A program made the position numbers and the translations under genes. Positions 9,407-16,815 of a stretch of DNA of 32,000 nt are shown here, piece by piece. The DNA lies in the NCBI RefSeq assembly GCF_000025505.1, contig NC_013849.1, positions 1,830,001-1,862,000 of the forward strand, written 5' to 3'. The stretch's first letter is position 1; the number at the start of each line of letters is the position of its first letter. This DNA is from Ferroglobus placidus DSM 10642 (lineage in GTDB: Archaea > Halobacteriota > Archaeoglobi > Archaeoglobales > Archaeoglobaceae). The notes under the pieces are model-generated. The model was not told the origin of the DNA. It was given only the letters and a program-made list of their open reading frames with translations, and ran no database searches.

Positions 9407-10576
9407 TTAAAACTCGAGAACCTCTTCGTAGAACCTTCTGATCATCTTGTGATCAAGCAAGAGCTCTTTTTCTTTAAGTATTTCCCTTTCGAGCTTTTTG
9501 AGGGTTGCGTGTATAGCGTATTCCACACCCCACCCCTCTCCAGAAGCGAAGAACGTTCCTCTTTCGCTCGTCAGCTTCATTCTTACGTGGATTAACGGTA
9601 AAGCCCTGAAAACGTCCTTGTGCCTTTTTATGTAAACGAACATGTAGCTTTCTCCAAGAAATTCTCCAAACTTCCTCATGAAGTTCTCGAGATCCTTGTT
9701 TATCGCTTCTTTGTCGAATTCGTCGAGCGTTATATCTCTTGTGACCAGTTCAACCTTCAGCTGAGAAGGAGCAGCTTCCCTAATCAAGCTTTCGAGTATG
9801 TCCTTTTTCGTCACTATTCCTTCTGGAATGTTGTCCTTGGAAACTATAACAACGCTCGAAACCTTGTGTTCGAGCATCTGCTCCACAATGTCAGCGAGAC
9901 TGTCCATTCTTTCGGCAGTCACGGGAGGGTAGCTCATTATGCTTTCGACCATTATCGAGAGCGTTTTGTCCTTCTCTCCCTTCTCCTCTCCGAGTCTCGC
10001 CCTTCTCCTCGGAGCTACTATTCTGTCGATTATGTCTTTTCCGGTTATAACCCCCACAACCCTGTGGCTGTCGTCTACAACGACAAGCCTGTCGATTCCG
10101 TTCGTCCTCATTAAAGCCAAAGCTTTCGCTGCACTTTCGTGAGCGTTTATCGTAACGACGTTGGGATTCATAACGTCCCTCGCTTTCTTATCCTTTAGCC
10201 TGTCTTTGAGAGCTTCGAGCAAGTCGTTTATGTATATTACTCCGTACTTTCCGTTCTCCTTTACAACGACAAAGGGTGTCGAGTCTTCTATGAACCTCCT
10301 CAGAACTTTTTCGAGAGTAAGCTCGCTTACATTGATTATGCCCGTTTTTATGGCAGCGCTTTTGACTTTTGTTTCGTGGGGATTGACGAGGACGCTCGTT
10401 CTCAGCAAATCTTTCTCCCTCACAACCCCGTAAACTTTTCCGTCCTCCATTACAAGTATCGCTCCAGCCTTATCCTGATCGAGTTTGTCGAGAAGAGGAA
10501 ACACTTTTGAGATCGTATCTTCAGCGTTGACGATTTCGAAGTCGTATCTGATTAACTCCTTCAACCAATCTTCCAC
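9407..10576 (-). CDS. Multi-CBS domain protein (four CBS motifs) with a C-terminal HPF/RaiA-like domain
   Basis: 389 aa. Repeated CBS motifs: DLLRTSVLV, VVVKENGKYGVIYINDLL, NGIDRLVVVDDSHRVVGVITGKDIIDRI, KVSSVVIVSKDNIPEGIVTKKDIL. Residues 272-389 form a separate alpha/beta module. Confidence 0.85.
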   Translation of the reverse strand: MEDWLKELIRYDFEIVNAEDTISKVFPLLDKLDQDKAGAILVMEDGKVYGVVREKDLLRTSVLVNPHETKVKSAAIKTGIINVSELTLEKVLRRFIEDSTPFVVVKENGKYGVIYINDLLEALKDRLKDKKARDVMNPNVVTINAHESAAKALALMRTNGIDRLVVVDDSHRVVGVITGKDIIDRIVAPRRRARLGEEKGEKDKTLSIMVESIMSYPPVTAERMDSLADIVEQMLEHKVSSVVIVSKDNIPEGIVTKKDILESLIREAAPSQLKVELVTRDITLDEFDKEAINKDLENFMRKFGEFLGESYMFVYIKRHKDVFRALPLIHVRMKLTSERGTFFASGEGWGVEYAIHATLKKLEREILKEKELLLDHKMIRRFYEEVLEF

Positions 10577-10627
10577 ATCACCACCTCCCGGATTATCTCT
10601 ACTTTTGCAGCATAAAAAGATATGCTT

Positions 10628-11314
10628 TCATCTGATCGCTTCTCCTACCACCACCATCGTGACTCCTTTAACTTCCTTCATTTTTTCCGGAAGTTCCTTG
10701 AGCTTGCAGAAGATCGTTCTACCCTTTTTCGTCGTCCCATTTTCGATTATGACAGCTGGACAGTCTTCCGGCTTTCCAGCTTTTGTTAGAACTTTTTTTA
10801 CGTTTTCCGCATAGTCTCTCGCCATTAGCACGACGAAAGTCGAGTTTTTTAACAGTACTTCCACCTCTTCCTCCTTTATGTTTCCCGGAATGACTACTAT
10901 GCTCTTACTAACACCACTCCTCGTTAACGGAATTTCGTAGAAAGATGGAATGGTTATCGAGCTTATTCCGGGAACCACCTCGTATTCTATTCCGTTTTCT
11001 CTCAGAACTTTAACTTCCTCGTAACCTCTTCCGTAAACGAACGGATCCCCGCTTTTCAACCTTACCACGATCTTTCCTTCCTTCGCAAGTCTAACCATCA
11101 GCTCGTTGATTTCCTCCTGCCTCCTTTTGCTCCCCTTCCTCTTTCCCACGTTGACGAGCTCTTTTCCCATCTCCCTCAGTTTTTCCAAGATTTCCTCCCC
11201 TATTAACGAGTCGTGCAAAACCACGTCAGCTTCTATCAGAGCTTTAAGTGCTTTTATCGTTAAAAGTTCGAAGTTTCCCGGTCCAGCTCCTACGATGTAC
11301 ACTTTTCCGGACAC
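10628..11314 (-). CDS. cobA: Uroporphyrinogen-III C-methyltransferase (SUMT)
   Basis: 228 aa with GKVYIVGAGPGNFELLTIKALKALIEADVVLHDSLI, VRLKSGDPFVYGRGYEEV, YEVVPGISSITIPSFYEIPLTRSG. Confidence 0.93.
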   Translation of the reverse strand: MSGKVYIVGAGPGNFELLTIKALKALIEADVVLHDSLIGEEILEKLREMGKELVNVGKRKGSKRRQEEINELMVRLAKEGKIVVRLKSGDPFVYGRGYEEVKVLRENGIEYEVVPGISSITIPSFYEIPLTRSGVSKSIVVIPGNIKEEEVEVLLKNSTFVVLMARDYAENVKKVLTKAGKPEDCPAVIIENGTTKKGRTIFCKLKELPEKMKEVKGVTMVVVGEAIR

Positions 11315-11336
11315 CGCCGAAAATACTTTTATGAGG

Positions 11337-12242
11337 TTAAATAACTTTTCTTACAGCCCTCGCTATCGCTTTTGAAAGGGTTGGCGGAACAGCTTCACCA
11401 ACCAGCTCGTACTGCGTTTCGATTCCTCCCTTGAAAACGTGATCGTCGGGAAAGCCCATCAGTCTTGCCTGCTCTCTTACCGTAAGCAGCCTATTTTCGA
11501 AGGGATGGATAAACCTCGAATTCCCTAAAACTGTCGGAGCGAGCTTGTAAGGATGAAGCCTTATCCAGTTTCCGAAGGTTTTACCGCTACCTCTAAAGCC
11601 GTACAAAGCTTCACCCCACCTCAGCCTCGAAATCTCCATCTCCTTTCTCTTAGAAAGCTTCTTAGCAAAGTTGTTCGGAGCGTCTTCCGGAACGTTTGAA
11701 ATTGCATCTATAACCTTAACCTTCCTCCCTTTCTCGGGCTCGATTTTTACGTTCGAAACGAAAACCCTCGTTCTCTTGGAAGGAGTGGAATAATCTTCAG
11801 CTTTGAGAACGTTGAAGTGAACTTCGTATCCGGCTTTTTTAAACAATTTTATAAGAGCGTCCTTCAGCTCGAGAATTCCTGGGACGTTTTCCATAATAAA
11901 GAAGTCCGGCTTAGCTTCTCTTAAAATCCTGATGAACTCCAGAGTAAGCATACCTCTCTTATCTTTGAAGAGTCTATCTTCGGGCTTTTCGAACCTTCTC
12001 TCGTTAGCTTTGGTGAAAGCTTCGCAGGGAGGAGAGGCTATGATCATCTCAACCCCGTAATCCTTCAGCATCTTCCCGCTGAAATTCTTAACATCCACTT
12101 GAAAAACATCGGCATCAAAGTTCGCTTTGTAAGTGTTTACCGCGTGCTTGAAACTGTCGACAGCGACGACTACTTCAAACTTTTCCTCAACAAAACCTCT
12201 CGCAAACCCTCCGGCTCCGGCGAATATGTCGGCTATTTTCAT
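11337..12242 (-). CDS. DNA (cytosine-5-)-methyltransferase
   Basis: 301 aa C5 MTase with IADIFAGAGGFARGF (motif I), IIASPPCEAFTKAN (PC motif), FIMENVPGI (ENV motif), EISRLRWGEALYGFRGSGKTFGNWIRLHPYKLAPTVLG, LLTVREQARLMGFPDDHVF, YELVGEAVPPTLSKAI. Confidence 0.95.
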   Translation of the reverse strand: MKIADIFAGAGGFARGFVEEKFEVVVAVDSFKHAVNTYKANFDADVFQVDVKNFSGKMLKDYGVEMIIASPPCEAFTKANERRFEKPEDRLFKDKRGMLTLEFIRILREAKPDFFIMENVPGILELKDALIKLFKKAGYEVHFNVLKAEDYSTPSKRTRVFVSNVKIEPEKGRKVKVIDAISNVPEDAPNNFAKKLSKRKEMEISRLRWGEALYGFRGSGKTFGNWIRLHPYKLAPTVLGNSRFIHPFENRLLTVREQARLMGFPDDHVFKGGIETQYELVGEAVPPTLSKAIARAVRKVI

Positions 12243-12268
12243 CGACCTATCAGAATAGAGTCGCTATG

Positions 12269-12285
12269 TTAATAAGGTTTTAGTG
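12269..12285 (-). promoter_or_regulatory. Putative BRE/TATA promoter of the C5 methyltransferase gene
   Basis: Minus-strand CACTAAAACCTTATTAA about 27-43 nt upstream of the ATG at 12242, consistent with a leaderless transcript. Confidence 0.45.
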
Positions 12286-12289
12286 AAGT

Positions 12290-12410
12290 GCCGACAGCTT
12301 CCGCGCTTCCCGCGCCCTCTCGGAGCGCAGTACAACGCGGAACGGGATCGGGCTTAACTTCCGGGTTCGGAATGAGACCGGGTGTTTCCCCGATCCCTAT
12401 GGCCGTCGGC
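12290..12410 (-). rRNA. rrf: 5S ribosomal RNA
   Basis: Minus strand GCCGACGGCCATAGGGATCGGGGAAACACCCGGTCTCATTCCGAACCCGGAAGTTAAGCCCGATCCCGTTCCGCGTTGTACTGCGCTCC...GCGGAAGCTGTCGGC. It has conserved 5S loops and complementary ends (GCCGACGG/CTGTCGGC). Ends are approximate to within 1-3 nt. Confidence 0.97.
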
Positions 12411-12432
12411 GTTTTGAATTTGAGATAAGTCG

Positions 12433-12451
12433 TTATTTAAGGGTTTTGGTG
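12433..12451 (-). promoter_or_regulatory. Putative BRE/TATA promoter of the 5S rRNA
   Basis: Minus-strand CACCAAAACCCTTAAATAA. The TATA-like core is centred about 27 nt upstream of the 5S 5' end. Confidence 0.65.
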
Positions 12452-12503
12452 ACAAATTTAAAATTCGAAAGTTCTTGGGAAAGCAAAATTTTTTAATTTT
12501 TCA

Positions 12504-12740
12504 TGATAATTTTTGAGTTTGATGCAAAATACTATCCCAGCAAAATGGGGTAGGGAATACGTTCCAAGATTGATCTGGAAGGAAGAAAGGAGGAGGCGAA
12601 ACTCCTTGCAAATGCTGGAAGCTACTTCTGGAAAGACATGCCGATGTTGAGAAAACTCTTCGAAGAACTGGCTGAAAGTTTGGAGGATGAGGAGAGGTTT
12701 AAAAAAGTTGCGGAGAAAACTTTCTACTACCTTTTATAAA
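12504..12740 (+). pseudogene. Short ORF interrupted by an in-frame TAG (MIIFEFDAKYYPSKMG*GIRSKIDLEGRKEEAKLLANAGSYFWKDMPMLRKLFEELAESLEDEERFKKVAEKTFYYLL*)
   Basis: Hand translation: ATG 12504, TAG 12552-12554, then 61 sense codons with a helical Glu/Lys/Leu-rich composition ending at TAA 12738-12740. It could be a decayed gene or a short ORF with a different start. Confidence 0.35.
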
Positions 12741-12800
12741 ATTTACTCTGAAAATCATCTTAAGGTAAAAAATATATGCTGAAAAACTCAGCGAAAATCA

Positions 12801-14444
12801 ATGCCGGTAGTCACGCTTTACTGGGACGAGCTTGAGGAATTGGTAGGAAAAAGAAGAGAGGAAATTCTGGAAAAACTTCCCATGCTCGGTTGCGATGTTG
12901 AAAGAGTAGAGGAGGATCACGTTGACGTCGAGTTCTTCCCGAATCGCCCGGATCTTTACAGCGTTGAGGGGGTTGCGAGAGCTTTAAAAGGTTTTATGGA
13001 TATCGAATTCGGTTATATTGATTATAAAGTGAGTAAGGGGAACTGGAAGATTTACGTTGACGAGAGCGTTTTGAAAGTTAGACCGAGAATAGTTGGATGC
13101 GTTGTGAGAAACATAAGAATCGACGATAGAGTTTTGAGGTCGATGATCGAAGTTCAGGAAGATCTTCACTGGACGATAGGTAGGAACAGAAGAAAGATGG
13201 CAATAGGAATTCACGATCTCGACAAGATAAGCTTTCCTTTAAAATATACTGCTGTTTCCGAAGATTTCTCCTTCGTTCCCCTCGATTTTGAGGAAGAGAT
13301 GAGCGTTAGAGAAATTTTAGAAAAGCATCCCAAGGGGAGAGAGTACGGGTTCATCTTGGAGAAAGCCGAAGCTTACCCGATGATTATCGACTCAAAAGGA
13401 AACGCGATTTCGTTCCCTCCGATAATTAACGCCGAAATGACGAGGGTGACTGAAAAAACGACGAACCTTTTCATAGACGTTACCGGCTTCGACGAGAACG
13501 TTGACAAGGCTTTGAGAATTCTCGCTGCGATGTTCGCCGATAGGGGTGGGAAACTTGAGAGCGTTGAGATAATATATCCGAATAAGAGGGAAGAAACTCC
13601 GGACATGTCTCCGATGGTTTTGGAGGTAAAAAAGAGTGAAATATACTCTCTCCTCGGATTTAAGCTGAGCGATGAGGAGATAAAGCTCGCTCTTGGGAGA
13701 ATGAGGTACGGATTCGAAATTGGAGGAGAGGTTATCAAGGTATTCGTTCCTCCTTACAGAGCTGACATAATGCACGAGTGGGATATTATAGAGGATATAG
13801 CGATCGGTTACGGATACGACAGAATTCAGCCGACTTATCCTCCAACTCCCGGGATAGGGAGAGAGCACGAGTGGTTCAAGCTGAAGGATTTAGTTAGAGA
13901 AATAATGATCGGTCTCGGCTTCACGGAAGTCATAACTTTCACTCTAACGAACGAGAGAGCGCAATACGAGTTTATGAGGAGAAAAGCCGAACCCTGGAAA
14001 GATTTCGTTCCAGTTATGCATCCTCTAACTGAGGAACACACGATAATCAGAACGGACATACTTCCAAAACTCCTCGAGGTTTTGGCGAACAACAAACACC
14101 ACGCGATGCCTCAGAAGGTATTTGAAGTGGGAGATGTTGTGGTGAATTTGAAAAACAGATTGAGGCTTGCCGCTTGCGTAACCCATGCTAAAGCGAATTT
14201 CTCTGAGATAAGGAGCTACGTCCAAGCTTTGATGAGGGAGCTCGATCTCGAATGGGACGTCAAGGAGAGCGACGACGAAGCTTTCATAAAGGGAAGGAGA
14301 GCAGATATAATCGTTAGGGGAAAGAAAATAGGTGTTTTTGGAGAAATTCATCCAGAGGTTTTAGAGAAATTTGACTTGACCAATCCCGTTGCAGCTTTCG
14401 AAATCGATTTGAGCGAGATATTCGATACCGGCTACGTAATTTAG
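12801..14444 (+). CDS. pheT: Phenylalanine--tRNA ligase beta subunit
   Basis: 547 aa with [98 protein letters not shown]. Confidence 0.97.
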   Translation: [547 protein letters not shown]

Positions 14445-14479
14445 GGCAAAGGTTTTTACGCTCAATTTTTCTGCATTAG

Positions 14480-15628
14480 TTGATGTTCGACATAACTAAA
14501 AAGCCGTTCATAGTGTTCTGGGAGCTAACGAGAGCTTGCATGCTCGCTTGCAAGCACTGCAGAGCGAAGGCTCAGAAGAAGAGACATCCCGACGAACTCA
14601 CGACGGAAGAAGCTTACAAAGTCGTCGACCAGCTTAAAGAGTTCGGCGAACCCTATCCTCTTCTCGTCATAACAGGCGGAGACCCGCTGATGAGGGATGA
14701 CGTCTTTGACATCATCGAATACGCGAGCAAAAACGGGATCAGAACGGCAATAGCCTTCAGCGGAACGAAGCTTGCGACGAAGCAAAAACTGGAGAAGTTG
14801 AAAGAAGCTGGAGTCGCGAGAATTGCGATAAGCTTAGACGGAAGCAATCCCGAAATTCACGACTATTTTAGAGGAGTAACCGGAACTTTCGAAACGAGCT
14901 TGGAAATACTTGAAATGGCTAAAGAAATCGGAATTTCGAGGCAGATAAACACTACTGTGACGACTTTCAACATGCTCGACCTGCCGAACATAATGAGAAT
15001 AGGGATCGATTACGAGATAGCTCTGTGGGACGTCTTCTTTATCGTACCAACCGGAAGGGCTAAAGTCGAATATATGCCCTCTTCCCAAGAATTTGAGGAC
15101 GTTTTGAACTTCCTATACGACGTTTCGAAGCTCACACCTTTGAACGTTAAAAGCTCGGCAGCCACGCATTTGAGAAGAGTGGAGCAGATGAGAGACAGAG
15201 GTATTTACGATCTGCCCCACGGAGAGCTTTATTACAAGCTGAGGTCGAAGCTGGACGGATTCGAAGCAAAGCCGAAGGAGATAGTTTCGGGAGCCTACGG
15301 AAGGAGCTTAGCGGACGGAATCAGAAGGATGATGGGGATAACCGATGGAAGAGGAATGTTCTTCATAAGCCACGTAGGAGAAGTTTATCCGAGCGGATTT
15401 CTGCCGATTCAGGCTGGAAACGTGAGGGAGAAAAGTTTGAAGGAAATATACATGAACTCCAAGATATTCGTTGAGTTGAAGAATCCCGACATGCTGAAAG
15501 GGAAGTGTGGGGTTTGCGAATACAGAAGAATATGCGGAGGTAGCAGAGCGAGAGCCTACGCTATGACCGGCGACTACCTCGCTGAGGAGCCGAGGTGTAT
15601 ATACGTTCCCAAAAAGCTGAGGCAGTAA
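14480..15628 (+). CDS. Radical SAM / SPASM-domain protein (PqqE/AhbD-like maturase or heme-pathway type)
   Basis: 382 aa with FWELTRACMLACKHCRA (CxxxCxxC), VITGGDPLMRDDVF, ISLDGSNPEIHDYFRGVTGTF and C-terminal GKCGVCEYRRICGGSRARAYAMTGDYLAEEPRC cysteines. Confidence 0.92.
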   Translation: MMFDITKKPFIVFWELTRACMLACKHCRAKAQKKRHPDELTTEEAYKVVDQLKEFGEPYPLLVITGGDPLMRDDVFDIIEYASKNGIRTAIAFSGTKLATKQKLEKLKEAGVARIAISLDGSNPEIHDYFRGVTGTFETSLEILEMAKEIGISRQINTTVTTFNMLDLPNIMRIGIDYEIALWDVFFIVPTGRAKVEYMPSSQEFEDVLNFLYDVSKLTPLNVKSSAATHLRRVEQMRDRGIYDLPHGELYYKLRSKLDGFEAKPKEIVSGAYGRSLADGIRRMMGITDGRGMFFISHVGEVYPSGFLPIQAGNVREKSLKEIYMNSKIFVELKNPDMLKGKCGVCEYRRICGGSRARAYAMTGDYLAEEPRCIYVPKKLRQ

Positions 15629-15658
15629 GCTTTATCAATTTTCTTTCGAAATTCTGAG

Positions 15659-16216
15659 TTGAAGATGTTCTACGAAATTGAAGAGATCAAAAGGAGGAGG
15701 AAGAAGTTAGGGTTGACGCAAAAAAAGCTGGCTGAGTTAGTTGGAGTTAGCCAACCTCTCATAGCAAGACTCGAAAGCGGAGACCTCGATCCGAAGCTTT
15801 CTCTAATAAAAAGGATATTCAAAGTTCTCGACGAGCTTGAGGGAAAGATGACAGCTAAGAAGATAATGAATCCGAACGTAATCTTCGCATCCCCCAACGA
15901 CACGGCAAAGAAAGTTATAGAGATAATGTGGGAGAAGGGAATTTCACAGATTCCGGTTATCGAGAGGGGAAAGGTCGTTGGAACTGTAACCGAGTCGGCA
16001 ATAATAAAAAGAATGCTTGAAAAAGGAGCGGATTCTCTTGTTGAAATAAAGGTTAGAGAGATAATGGAGGAACCTCTCCCAACGATACCTCCGGACGAGT
16101 CCCTCGAAAACATTTCCAAGATGCTTTTAAACAGCCCGGCTGTTTTGGTGGTTGAAGGAGATAAGATACTCGGGATAATTACGAAGCACGACGTCATGAA
16201 GGTGATTAAGGGATGA
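15659..16216 (+). CDS. HTH (XRE-type) and tandem CBS-domain transcriptional regulator
   Basis: 185 aa. HTH: RRRKKLGLTQKKLAELVGVSQPLIARLESGDLDPKLSL. CBS pair: KIMNPNVIFASPNDTAKKVIEIMWEKGISQIPVIERGKVVGTVTES...EIMEEPLPTIPPDESLENISKMLLNSPAVLVVEGDKILGIITKHDVMK. The true start may be ATG 15665. Confidence 0.93.
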   Translation: MKMFYEIEEIKRRRKKLGLTQKKLAELVGVSQPLIARLESGDLDPKLSLIKRIFKVLDELEGKMTAKKIMNPNVIFASPNDTAKKVIEIMWEKGISQIPVIERGKVVGTVTESAIIKRMLEKGADSLVEIKVREIMEEPLPTIPPDESLENISKMLLNSPAVLVVEGDKILGIITKHDVMKVIKG

Positions 16217-16815
16217 ACTTCAAGCACATCTTCTGGTTCGAAATGGCGGACTACGAGAAGATAGAATACCTGAGAAAATTCAGCGTCGCCGTAATAGGAA
16301 GCAGAATGCTCGCGGAAATTCTCTGGAGGTGCGGAGTAGGTTGCATAAGGTACATAGGTGATGTTGTAACTCCAGTGGATGTTCGAATAGACCCGACTTA
16401 CGATTACCTCGACGCAAACGACTACGATGTCATGCATCCGAATCCGGACAGCTGCGTGATAAGCTATCCGTACCCCCACGACTACAAAGAGTTAAAGAAG
16501 CAGCTGAGGGGGATAGACGTTGTTGTTGCTCACAAGTATGAAGATGTGGCAGCAAGAATAGCTGAAGAACTCGGAGTTCCGTTCATCCCGAAAATAATCA
16601 CGACTTTCCTTCCGGACGGCGTTAGCTTTTTTGAGGTTAAGATGCCCCAGATTGAAGAGAACCCGATATCCTACTCTATAACTTGCAGCGTCCAAGCCGG
16701 AGAGATCATGAGGATATTCACCGGCTACGAATTGCCGGTTATAGCTCCAGAAGCTTATGTCGTTGACTTAAAATCAAAAAGTTATTTAAAAAAGGTGGAG
16801 CTTGAGAGGATATGA
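16213..16815 (+). CDS. ThiF/E1-like (Rossmann) family protein, diverged
   Basis: 200 aa with FSVAVIGSRMLAEILWRCGVGCIRYIGDVV (Rossmann-like but degenerate glycine motif) and VVVAHKYEDVAARIAEELGVPFIPKI. Overlaps both flanking genes, suggesting cotranslation. Confidence 0.5.
   Translation: MNFKHIFWFEMADYEKIEYLRKFSVAVIGSRMLAEILWRCGVGCIRYIGDVVTPVDVRIDPTYDYLDANDYDVMHPNPDSCVISYPYPHDYKELKKQLRGIDVVVAHKYEDVAARIAEELGVPFIPKIITTFLPDGVSFFEVKMPQIEENPISYSITCSVQAGEIMRIFTGYELPVIAPEAYVVDLKSKSYLKKVELERI

Noticed and set aside
12504-12740. Pyrrolysine (amber) readthrough as the explanation for the TAG-interrupted ORF
   Set aside because: No pyl genes are visible in the window, the lineage is not known to use pyrrolysine, and the ORF is not a methylamine methyltransferase. 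Pseudogenisation is simpler.
13392-13868. 158-aa minus-strand ORF within pheT
   Set aside because: Antisense to pheT conserved regions with no motif.
15670-16479. 269-aa minus-strand ORF opposite the HTH-CBS regulator
   Set aside because: Antisense shadow of a clear HTH-CBS gene and part of the ThiF-like gene. Low-complexity Ser/Ile/Phe composition.
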